Assembly (NCBI GenBank): GCA_964397315.1 | Contig: CAYNHV010000014.1 | Span: 1-34,395 of the forward strand | Length of the DNA stretch: 34,395 nucleotides | Source of the DNA: an uncultured Methanosarcinales archaeon | Lineage (GTDB): Archaea > Nanobdellota > Nanobdellia > Woesearchaeales > UBA12501 | Direction of reading: 5' to 3' | Shown: positions 19,301-26,455 of the stretch, piece after piece | Layout: every line of letters starts with the position of its first letter | Position numbering within the stretch: position 1 is the first letter of the stretch | The notes under the pieces: model-generated | What the model saw: the letters and a program-made list of their open reading frames with translations, nothing else | Told to the model about the DNA's origin: nothing | The model's database searches: none | Program-made: the position numbers and the translations under genes

Positions 19301-19594
19301 GAAAAAAAGGAAGAAACATCCCTGGAAAAAGCATCAGAAGGGGATGCTGAGCAGAGGAAAGCTCCTGCCGCGCCAAAACCCACAAGCACTTTTGAGGAGC
19401 TTGAAAGCCTGGGCAGAGGCGGGGAAAAAGAGGAATCCCCTCCAGAGCAGGCCAGACCCGCAGAAAAAGAGGGAGAGGATGTTTTCAGCAGGCTGGGGGA
19501 GATACCAGAAAAGCAGGACAATGTTTATGACAAGCTCAGGGATTACATCAGGCCCTCATCCAAGAGCAAAAAAGGCAACAAGGGAAACAAGTGA
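16301..19594 (+). CDS. Single-pass membrane surface protein: Ig-like domains, three E(T/S)xVDCGG Cys repeats, TM helix, long charged C-terminal tail
   Basis: N-terminal signal peptide; QDLAGN and AVNNVGL Ig/FN3 motifs; TM ISTILIILGVLMVAGGSGYLIY at ~18750-18815; E/K/R-rich tail. Confidence 0.88.
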   Translation: MVLKKRLILIAVSLFLILLSMSGLNAQDREEESLNLTILSKATPDIQVEFQEDVEVVKATMYGMYGDMIENNEEYLREFMESEDTKYIQSMRLVEIAVNAEATENVVHVIPVNPMFNGYYILELQVQDLAGNEATHYGYFDLFVTETDIAIIEPRLGVSDKTFDNLTIRTTRGGAPEETRCKIGVEDPGYNFESPSLVPFDPFEWGSRHSISNVFSRFNIGSAGHVYILCRDRSLNRVNQKRFPLQTDGNNPVIKSFTFIPKKVVEYPEFSDEIFVRLNVTANEPVICRYTQDKDASYEEMTNFDSFNEWDPDTYSKENIQRHELPSAEKAAYNFYVQCEDMAGWKSGRKPGTLEVDLSAGLGIEVLRPRRYTANDTISMILRTNKRSECSLKGEGLEEQTIMTASPDRKQHSYSLGTLEEGSYTYDIRCQSSAAGAIQEQAKSYTFTIDQSEPETPSINGTLVTCYNNKFSFEKPLQLSSEDPESGISHFLVQLKNSTGILINWTRTGSSLKEVEGDDIQLKNGSSYSFLVKAVNNVGLESTAEVASIDYDPGHDICLEKNPPIVKIEENKSKGVTKLKFTCRDESGCDNSSFYYGTAGSEENCTAGSTLQPPFTSEVRETSYVCYLAYDTIGNNATGGKLIEVEYADACNNLRKDGDETGVDCGGSCPPCEAGSKCRENSDCSSNYCENGTCATPTCNDSVINGPLNDVESDVDCGGHCSELGLRCSLNQSCFVNDDCESGFCTPDGACAISTCNDTYKGPEETGVDCGGVCAAEGKLCGIGSGCHNNSDCISGNCLAGTCESPVEMDEGIEFPISTILIILGVLMVAGGSGYLIYKRASSAGAVAAAPGAAGPARPEAQPSRRLSPAEQEKERARQAEQERRRKAMEEQRRKQAEERKKRGEEARKKLEMINRRKIEEREKLFKAFGEGKETEEKAKESGKAAARPEEEKEEKQEKAPGKEGWMSLSALKNKLSPAKKEEKAEGKEAGAPQEKAQAEEKKEETSLEKASEGDAEQRKAPAAPKPTSTFEELESLGRGGEKEESPPEQARPAEKEGEDVFSRLGEIPEKQDNVYDKLRDYIRPSSKSKKGNKGNK

Positions 19595-20694
19595 TGCTAA
19601 TGAGCGCTTCAGCCAGAAAAAAAAGAGTGAAGGATATCTCAGGAAAAAAAGGTGTTGTTGAGGTGCAGTTCAACTGGATATTCATACTCATAGCCGGGGC
19701 CCTCATCCTGGTATTCTTCATAATGATAGTAAACAAGCAGAAAAGCGTGTCAGACAAGAAGCTCTCTGTGGAGATACTGAACTCAATGGACAGGATAATG
19801 TCAGGCCAGAAGACCGCGCAGAACAGGCAGGACGTGATTGACATGTACGAGATAAGATTATCCTACTTATGCGGAGGTTGCGACTGTGAGTTCTCCCTGG
19901 AGGGCATGTCAAAGAGCAAGGGCAATCTTATAGTCTTTGCTCCATCCAGCATGAAAAGCGACAGGCTCCTTACGTGGACGCAGAGCTGGAGCATGCCTTT
20001 CAGGGCAACAAACATGATCTACATGAGCATACCAGAGATAAAATACTACTTCATAGAGCCCCCTGACAGGATTGAGAGGGACTTCATAAGCAACATGCCC
20101 GCTAATGTCACCTATGAGGTTGTGAAGGATGATGACGAGCATGAGATAAAGGACATGGATGATATAGAATATGGCGGGGAGCAGATGATAAGGCTTGTGT
20201 TCTTTGAAAACCCTTCAATGCCTGAAGGGCTGAGGAATGTGGAGGACAGCCTTGTCACAGCCCTTTACATAGACGGCACAGGAGGAAACTGGCAGAACGG
20301 CAAAGCAATGCTCAAGTTCTACAAAAAGGATGGAAGCAGCTTTGCTCCTGACAAGGGAGAGTGGGACTCTAATGATTATCCTGTGCTGGGAGCTGAGTCA
20401 GCATACGGGGCAGTCTACACAGACAGCTTCCAGGCATTCAAGTGCAACATGATTGACGCTGTCAGGAGGCTGGAAATGGTTTCCAGAGTGTATGAAAAGA
20501 GGTCAGAAAAGCTCAGCAATGCTGTCATAGACACTCCTCTCGCATACTGCAGTGTCTATTATGCCACAAACTATTTTGACGGATTTAATGTTGCTCCTGC
20601 CTCTCAAGAAGCAGGGCAGCTTTACAGCTCAATAAACACCCTGGCCACATTCAATGAGGGAGCAGTGATCCAGTCCTGCCCCAGAATATACTAA
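19591..20694 (+). CDS. Pilin-like protein, class III signal peptide
   Basis: GKKG-VVEVQFNWIFILIAGALILVFFIMI; GTGA overlap with the previous stop (exact start uncertain). Confidence 0.87.
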   Translation: MMLMSASARKKRVKDISGKKGVVEVQFNWIFILIAGALILVFFIMIVNKQKSVSDKKLSVEILNSMDRIMSGQKTAQNRQDVIDMYEIRLSYLCGGCDCEFSLEGMSKSKGNLIVFAPSSMKSDRLLTWTQSWSMPFRATNMIYMSIPEIKYYFIEPPDRIERDFISNMPANVTYEVVKDDDEHEIKDMDDIEYGGEQMIRLVFFENPSMPEGLRNVEDSLVTALYIDGTGGNWQNGKAMLKFYKKDGSSFAPDKGEWDSNDYPVLGAESAYGAVYTDSFQAFKCNMIDAVRRLEMVSRVYEKRSEKLSNAVIDTPLAYCSVYYATNYFDGFNVAPASQEAGQLYSSINTLATFNEGAVIQSCPRIY

Positions 20695-20701
20695 ACAGGG
20701 G

Positions 20702-21217
20702 ATGGCTCGCATGATTTCAAGAAAGGCCCAGGTAAGGATGATGGAGACAGTGATGATACTTGTCATCTTCTTCATAATTGTTGTTCTGGGGTTCATGTTC
20801 TATTCAAGAATGCAGGAGAGCACAATGAAAGAGCTGAGAAGGGAGAGGTTTGAGGAGGAAGCCATAGCCATATCCCAGAACATACTCTACCTGCCAGAGC
20901 TTGCCTGCACTGAAAAGAATGTTATGGTTGACATCTGCTTTGACATTCACAAGCTTGAGGCATTCTCTGAGATTGTGGTTCCTGAGAACAGGCAGGCATT
21001 CCTGTTCTACCAGAAGGACCTTGGGGAGAGCAGGATAACTGTCAAGAAGATATTCCCTCCTGGCCAGGAGGATAAGTGGGTCATATATGACAACCCTCCT
21101 GTGAATGCAGAGGAGATTAGCTCAATAAACACAAGCATACCAGTATCCCTCAAGAATCCTGTGAAAAGATACAACCAGTACTCTGTGGGGGTTCTTACAG
21201 TGGAGGTGTTCGGTTGA
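20702..21217 (+). CDS. Pilin-like protein, class III signal peptide
   Basis: SRKAQ-VRMMETVMILVIFFIIVVLGFMFY. Confidence 0.9.
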   Translation: MARMISRKAQVRMMETVMILVIFFIIVVLGFMFYSRMQESTMKELRRERFEEEAIAISQNILYLPELACTEKNVMVDICFDIHKLEAFSEIVVPENRQAFLFYQKDLGESRITVKKIFPPGQEDKWVIYDNPPVNAEEISSINTSIPVSLKNPVKRYNQYSVGVLTVEVFG

Positions 21218-21765
21218 TGGCCCTCAACAGATTATGTGGAAAGACAAAAGGAAGAAAGGCCCAGCTTGAGATGATAGGCATAGCCATAGTTGTCGTGCTT
21301 GTTGTGATGGGCTTCCTCTTCATAATGGCAGCAACCATAAAAGAGCCGTCAAGCGCCCAGGCAGGATTTGTAAGGGCCCACATAGCCCAGGATGTTCTCA
21401 ACACAATGAGCATCTCAGATGCTGACTGCTACGGGCTTGACATGACAGAGCTCTTGAAGGCCTGCGCAGAGGGAAAAAATGTAAAATGCGGGGGGCCCTG
21501 CCAGATATTCAATGATTCGCTGAAGATAATAATGGAGTCCACGCTTGAGGAGCAGAGGCTGCCATACAGGCTCAGAGCCTACAAGTTCAACCCCCCCAAC
21601 GAGCCCAAAGATGCTCTTGGAGGCATTTACATGGAGTACCATGGCTGCAACGAGACAAGCCTTACAAGAGGATACTACCAGATAAAAGAGAGGCCGGGCA
21701 TACTGGTGATACCTGTCAAGGGAGGTGATGCCAAGGTAATGCTTGAGATATGCTCAAGGCCATGA
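21214..21765 (+). CDS. Pilin-like protein, class III signal peptide
   Basis: GRKAQ-LEMIGIAIVVVLVVMGFLF; GGAGGTG RBS at ~21202; start TTG21214 or ATG21217. Confidence 0.9.
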   Translation: MMALNRLCGKTKGRKAQLEMIGIAIVVVLVVMGFLFIMAATIKEPSSAQAGFVRAHIAQDVLNTMSISDADCYGLDMTELLKACAEGKNVKCGGPCQIFNDSLKIIMESTLEEQRLPYRLRAYKFNPPNEPKDALGGIYMEYHGCNETSLTRGYYQIKERPGILVIPVKGGDAKVMLEICSRP

Positions 21766-22047
21766 AAAAGAGCCAGTCAAGAGATATACTGTTTTTCTCA
21801 GGTGATATTGGCAAGCGCCCAGATGTCGCTTTTGATAAGCGGATTTTTGGAACTTTTAAAAGCCTTCATCTCCACTCTAAATTGAGGAGCTTCCGGCTTA
21901 TTAAAAGTAAAATATGAATCCCTCCAGAGTTTACCGCCAGCCTCCTAGCAGTTACAGACCGATTTTTCCCGCCCTCCACCCCCATGCACAGCTTTAAAGC
22001 ACCAAACTCACAAGCCCCAAGCGCACCCACGCATATTACTGGGCGGG

Positions 22048-22250
22048 CTTATTAAGGTGAGAAGCAGGGAGTTGTGCAGTTGGAGAAGTTATGAGCCTGC
22101 CTGTTGGTTGTTGATAAAGGGTGGGAAGTACCAGGAATCATAATCATAAAAATATCGTCTCCCCGAGGGCGGGAAGTGCCAGGAGTTATCAAAATAAACA
22201 TCTTCTCACTAAAATGGAGGGGGGATTACTAGGTTAACTTAAACACCCCA
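22048..22250. repeat. Dispersed intergenic element, copy 2, with 34-bp direct repeats at 22118-22151 and 22166-22199
   Basis: AGGGTGGGAAGTACCAGGAATCATAATCATAAAA and AGGGCGGGAAGTGCCAGGAGTTATCAAAATAAAC; the 5' part CTTATT..GAGAAGC.GGGA.TTGTGC.GTT matches 1-34. Confidence 0.8.
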
Positions 22251-22312
22251 TAAACCAAAATCCTGCTGGAAGGCTGTGGAATGCCCAGAACACCAGCAAC
22301 GCCTGAAGCCAC

Positions 22313-22327
22313 CGAAACTTTTATATA
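22313..22327 (+). promoter_or_regulatory. BRE/TATA promoter of the second pilin block
   Basis: CGAAACTTTTATATA; strong RBS GAGGTGA at 22377-22383. Confidence 0.7.
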
Positions 22328-22389
22328 GCGCAGTATAATAAAGGCTTTTAAGATGCGTGTTTTCCTTTAATCAAACGAGGTGAAAAACA

Positions 22390-22671
22390 ATGAAAAAAGG
22401 CGACCTTTCTCTCAATCTTATAATAGTTGCAGCCATACTCATGATAGTGTTTGTCGTGATTGTGGTCATATTCTCAGGCAGGATGGGGATGTTCAGGAGC
22501 TCAATAGACAAGTGCGAGTCCTATAAGGGAGTTTGCTCAAAGACAGGCTGCACAGGTGCTTATGAGATAGAGAAGCCCGAATATGACTGCGATCTTGACG
22601 GCGACGGCAAGTATAACGAAGGTCAGCAAATAGACGGTGTCTGCTGCATAACCGTAAGCCAAAATAAATAA
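22390..22671 (+). CDS. Small pilin (candidate major pilin), disulfide-rich head
   Basis: MKKG-DLSLNLIIVAAILMIVFVVIVVIFSG; 6 Cys including a terminal CC; DLDGDG Ca-binding-like motif. Confidence 0.9.
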   Translation: MKKGDLSLNLIIVAAILMIVFVVIVVIFSGRMGMFRSSIDKCESYKGVCSKTGCTGAYEIEKPEYDCDLDGDGKYNEGQQIDGVCCITVSQNK

Positions 22672-22690
22672 TCTTTAATTTCTTTTTATG
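22672..22690 (+). terminator. Possible oligo-T archaeal terminator
   Basis: TCTTTAATTTCTTTTTATG immediately after the stop, on an otherwise purine-rich strand. Confidence 0.4.
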
Positions 22691-22706
22691 ATATTAGCAG
22701 GTAAAG

Positions 22707-23705
22707 ATGGTTTCCAAAACCTTTAAGTCAAGAAAAGGCATGGCTGCAACATTGAAAAACCTTTTGATGGCTCTTGTAGTCCTTGTAGTCCTTATCTCAT
22801 TAGTGGCCTACTTCTCATCAAACTTCAGGAGGTCAATCGGCTGCGAGGGAGCGGCGGACATGATAAGCTCCACAGGAGCCCACTGCAATCCAGGAAGCAG
22901 CTGTCCAGAGGGAAGTGAGAGGATGTCCAACACCATTCTTGCAGTGGTTTCAGGAGGCTGCCCAAAAGAGTATGTCTGCTGCAGCGGAGAGAAGCCAGAG
23001 GACCTTCCAGAGCCTGGAGAGGGTAGTATTGAGATGGAGTACAAGAAAGGGAATGAACCCTCTGAAGATATTATTGCAAAGTCCTCAATAACTGTCAGCA
23101 CAGGAACAAGCGTTGATTTCACCTTCAGGGGAGAGGGTGATGCTGAGAGGTGCAGCGCTGAAATAACTCTGCCTGACGGAAGCAGGGACAGGAAGAAGTC
23201 GCCTGACACTAGCTGCACAAGCGATGTCAGTTTCTCCCACACCTTCAACAGCCCGGGAAAGCACAAGATAACTGTAACAGGTTATGATGATAACAGCGAG
23301 CCCGTGGCATCCTACTATGCCTATGTTGTCGCAATAGGCGAAGAAAAGGAGAGCGAGGAGGATATAGAGGAGGCAAGCATGGAGATAGTGCTGTATTATA
23401 AAAACAGGTTATATGAGAGCAAACAGATAGCTCTGGCCCAAGGAAGCATAAATGATGTGGGGCCGCTGAACCAGGACAAGGCTGATCCTGCCATTGATGA
23501 CACCATATATTACAGCCTCTTCTGCACCAAATCCTGCGTGTTTTACTTTAATGGCCAGGAAAAAGCCAGTGTGAGCTCAGGCTCAAAAGAGGGCACAATA
23601 ACAATGGAGGAGGGCATGAACCTCATCAGAATAGATGCAACTGAGGGAGACAAGTCAATAAGCTATCAGCTCTACTACACCGGCTCAGAGCAGGGCCAGA
23701 CATGA
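22707..23705 (+). CDS. Pilin-like protein with Cys-rich pilin head plus PKD/Ig-like domains
   Basis: SRKG-MAATLKNLLMALVVLVVLISLVAYF; FSHTFNSPGKHKITVTGYD; EEGMNLIRIDA. Confidence 0.88.
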   Translation: MVSKTFKSRKGMAATLKNLLMALVVLVVLISLVAYFSSNFRRSIGCEGAADMISSTGAHCNPGSSCPEGSERMSNTILAVVSGGCPKEYVCCSGEKPEDLPEPGEGSIEMEYKKGNEPSEDIIAKSSITVSTGTSVDFTFRGEGDAERCSAEITLPDGSRDRKKSPDTSCTSDVSFSHTFNSPGKHKITVTGYDDNSEPVASYYAYVVAIGEEKESEEDIEEASMEIVLYYKNRLYESKQIALAQGSINDVGPLNQDKADPAIDDTIYYSLFCTKSCVFYFNGQEKASVSSGSKEGTITMEEGMNLIRIDATEGDKSISYQLYYTGSEQGQT

Positions 23706-23710
23706 GAAGG

Positions 23711-23725
23711 AAAAACATTTAAAAA
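23711..23725 (+). promoter_or_regulatory. Putative BRE/TATA promoter
   Basis: AAAAACATTTAAAAA upstream of 23768. Confidence 0.45.
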
Positions 23726-23767
23726 CATGAAGGCAATAATCCAATAAAAATTCAATAAAAAGGTGGC

Positions 23768-24052
23768 ATGATGAGCTCAAGAAAGGGAATAAGCCTGTCA
23801 ATGAACGCGATAATAATTGCCGCTCTTGCCCTCATAGTGCTTGTTGTGCTTGTGCTCATATTCACGGGCCAGGTGGGAAAGACAAGAGAGGGCCTGAACA
23901 GGACATCATCAACATACTCAGGAAACACCTGCGAAATTCCAGGCACTGCAAGACAGTGCAGGTTTCCCAGCCAGTGCCAGAGCAGGGGAGGCATAAATTA
24001 TGGTACAGACTTCAGCGACTGCGTGATGAACGAAGTGTGCTGCTCTGAATAG
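23768..24052 (+). CDS. Small pilin, paralogue of 22390-22671
   Basis: SSRKG-ISLSMNAIIIAALALIVLVVLVLIFTG; 6 Cys with a terminal CC. Confidence 0.9.
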   Translation: MMSSRKGISLSMNAIIIAALALIVLVVLVLIFTGQVGKTREGLNRTSSTYSGNTCEIPGTARQCRFPSQCQSRGGINYGTDFSDCVMNEVCCSE

Positions 24053-24100
24053 GCAGGAAAACAGGCAGTATTTGCTGGCGGAAGAGCCCCTGCATTCTTC

Positions 24101-24115
24101 AAAAGATTTATAAAT
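24101..24115 (+). promoter_or_regulatory. BRE/TATA promoter, likely leaderless transcript
   Basis: AAAAGATTTATAAAT about 22 nt before ATG24137. Confidence 0.6.
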
Positions 24116-24136
24116 AAATATTGAGTAATTGCCTCC

Positions 24137-24262
24137 ATGCCAGGGACGCTGAAAAAAGAAGGTGGAGTTGAAGCCAGGATAGTCCTTATAATAATCGCGA
24201 TAATTCTTGTGATGTCATTCCTTATATACACAGTGCTCAAGGTGAGGGATATGCTTGGTTAA
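24137..24262 (+). CDS. 41-aa mini-pilin (not in the ORF track)
   Basis: Hand translation: MPGTLKKEG-GVEARIVLIIIAIILVMSFLIYTVLKVRDMLG*; preceded by a TATA box; overlaps the next start. Confidence 0.75.
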   Translation: MPGTLKKEGGVEARIVLIIIAIILVMSFLIYTVLKVRDMLG

Positions 24263-25049
24263 GGGAAAAAAGGGGGGAATGCAGTATGATCTTGTCAAGA
24301 TAGTGTCTGTATTGATAGCTTCCATTGTAATCCTTGGTGTTGGCCAGACCCTGAGAGCAGCCTCAAAGGATGTTTATGAGCTCAGGGCGTGCCATGACGC
24401 GCTTGTATTCCAGCAAAAGGCAGCAGAAAAGCTCGGAGGAGATGTGGCCCAGACAGCAAGGCCGTGGCCTGCATCATGCCAGACAGTGGAGAAGACAATA
24501 GAGACAGGAGACAGGGAGGAGGCAATGAGGCAGATAGCCCAGTATATGATGAGATGCTGGTGGAGCCTTGGGGGAGGAGGAAAGCAGGGGATTGACCCTT
24601 TTGCAAAGAATCTCTTTATAGGAGATGAGAAATGCTTCAACTGCTTCCTAATCAAGACAGAGAATGTTGATATTAATGCAGAAGACTTCAACAACTGGCT
24701 CATGACAACCCACATAAACTATGACGAGAACAGGCTTACATACTGGAATTACCTCAAGGGCCTTTCAAGTGATGAGGAGGGGGCCTCTAGAAGAGCCCCC
24801 ATAGTGAGTAACGACATAAAACCAGGAGAGTATTATTCTGTTGCTTATGTTGACCAGCAGTCCTCACTATATGATGATATTCAGGAAGCGCTTTGTTCAG
24901 AAGACTCCCCTATTACCCCTGCATGGTGTGGTGTAGATAAAGCGCTTAAAGAAGCCGCGGAGAGGTCAGGAGGAACAGTTACAGTAAAGGATTACCTCTT
25001 TCTCATTGACTGGAACAAAGCCCAGGAAAAATGCATAACAGGAGGTTAA
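24255..25049 (+). CDS. Pilin-like protein, class III signal peptide
   Basis: TTG start after GGTGAGGG; MVKGKKG-GMQYDLVKIVSVLIASIVILG; MMRCWW and CFNC motifs. Confidence 0.85.
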   Translation: MVKGKKGGMQYDLVKIVSVLIASIVILGVGQTLRAASKDVYELRACHDALVFQQKAAEKLGGDVAQTARPWPASCQTVEKTIETGDREEAMRQIAQYMMRCWWSLGGGGKQGIDPFAKNLFIGDEKCFNCFLIKTENVDINAEDFNNWLMTTHINYDENRLTYWNYLKGLSSDEEGASRRAPIVSNDIKPGEYYSVAYVDQQSSLYDDIQEALCSEDSPITPAWCGVDKALKEAAERSGGTVTVKDYLFLIDWNKAQEKCITGG

Positions 25050-25054
25050 GGATC

Positions 25055-25231
25055 ATGAAAAAGGCGGGATCAAAGGGAATGTCCAACATGAGCATGTGGT
25101 TTATTGTTGCTGTCACTCTTGCGCTGCTTGCATTCTTTGCATTTGTGATGCTCACCCAGACAGGAAGGCAGGTGGCCCTGAATATGATCGACACAACAAA
25201 ATCAGCAGTCACGCCGGGTGCGCTTTCATGA
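25055..25231 (+). CDS. 58-aa mini-pilin
   Basis: GGAGGT RBS at 25041; MKKAGSKG-MSNMSMWFIVAVTLALLAFFAFVML. Confidence 0.8.
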   Translation: MKKAGSKGMSNMSMWFIVAVTLALLAFFAFVMLTQTGRQVALNMIDTTKSAVTPGALS

Positions 25232-26043
25232 TATCAGGAACAAACTCAAGAAAGGGAATGGCATTTTTTGAGCTGGCAGGGATAATACTTGCGCTGGTTG
25301 CTTTTATGCTCCTGGCAGGCATCTACTTTGGAAACCAGTTTCCAAGGGTGAGAGAGATGGTGACAGGCACAGAAAAGACATTCAACGAAAGCATCGGAAC
25401 TGAAACCCAGCAAAGTGAGGTTGCGCTTTCAGAAGAGGCAATAACCCTAAAAGGCTCTTTCCAGAGCATGGTCACAAGCATAGAATCCTGCGCTCAAGGC
25501 AGCAGTAAGAAGTGCGTCTGCGACCTGCACATTCCTGAGTTCAACTCCAAGTATGTCATGGCATTCAGGGCATCCTCCTCAGGAAAGGGCTTCACTGCAT
25601 ACGCGTTTGAAGGCAGGGCAGAAAAACTCAATTACCCAAACAAGATGATAATCTCATCACATTATTTCAAGAATCTCAGGTTCTGCACATCAGAGGACCT
25701 CCTGGGTTATGATGTGGGAGAGCTGGAGAAAGCAGGTTTTGTGGAGGAGGAGATGTCCAACCTCTACAGGGGGAATGGAAAGCTTGCGTTCCATCACCTG
25801 CCTGCAGGAATGTTAAGGAGCGATGGTTTTTATGTTCTCGGCTCCAGCAGGAATCCTGAGAAAGAGCCTCAAGACAAGGAGAGATTCAGCCTCTACAAGG
25901 TTGATGATGAGCATGTTTGCTTTTTCATAGGAAGGCAGGGCAATGAGTACAGGTGGGCGGGCCATACTTTCTATCTTGAATCAAGCAGAAACAGGCTAAG
26001 AAAGAGGATATACGAGCTTGAGCAGAAGGTGGGAAAATGCTAG
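25228..26043 (+). CDS. Pilin-like protein with canonical G|MxxxE type IV motif
   Basis: ATGA overlap; MISGTNSRKG-MAFFELAGIILALVAFMLLAGIYF (Glu at +5). Confidence 0.88.
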   Translation: MISGTNSRKGMAFFELAGIILALVAFMLLAGIYFGNQFPRVREMVTGTEKTFNESIGTETQQSEVALSEEAITLKGSFQSMVTSIESCAQGSSKKCVCDLHIPEFNSKYVMAFRASSSGKGFTAYAFEGRAEKLNYPNKMIISSHYFKNLRFCTSEDLLGYDVGELEKAGFVEEEMSNLYRGNGKLAFHHLPAGMLRSDGFYVLGSSRNPEKEPQDKERFSLYKVDDEHVCFFIGRQGNEYRWAGHTFYLESSRNRLRKRIYELEQKVGKC

Positions 26044-26074
26044 GCTGCATAAAAGGATATGGGGTGAGGGTGTC

Positions 26075-26416
26075 ATGAACAAAAAAGGAATGAGCATGGT
26101 GCTTGTAGGAGCGATCCTTGCAATAGTTATGATAATACTTGGAGTTGCATATTATGAAACAGCTTATGCAGGAGTGGAGAAAAGCACAGACAAAGTGATG
26201 GATCAGCAGGGTGATTTTGACAATGACGGAATAATAAACGCCTTTGACAGGTGCTGCCCGACAGCATGCGAGGTGCTGTCAGGTTACAGGGACACTGTGG
26301 ACACAGACCCTTCCAGCAGGAGGTACGGCTGCGCTGAATACCAGGAGCCAACTTCCTGCACAGCAGAGCAGTGCAACATAAAGCCTGAGTTCATAGGAGA
26401 GAAACCCAATTCATAA
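26075..26416 (+). CDS. Small pilin-like protein with a thrombospondin type 3-like Ca-binding motif
   Basis: GGGGTGAGG RBS; MNKKG-MSMVLVGAILAIVMIILG; GDFDNDGIINAFDRC. Confidence 0.85.
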   Translation: MNKKGMSMVLVGAILAIVMIILGVAYYETAYAGVEKSTDKVMDQQGDFDNDGIINAFDRCCPTACEVLSGYRDTVDTDPSSRRYGCAEYQEPTSCTAEQCNIKPEFIGEKPNS

Positions 26417-26455
26417 AAGACAGGGGAGAATAAAAAGAGGGAGATGTAAGTCTTT

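Noticed and set aside
18802..19521. 239-aa Ser/Phe/Leu-rich minus-strand ORF
   Set aside because: Antisense of the GA-rich Glu/Lys tail.
21766..22389. tRNA, rRNA or IS element in the long intergenic region
   Set aside because: No cloverleaf or T-loop motif, rRNA-like sequence or transposase ORF recognised.
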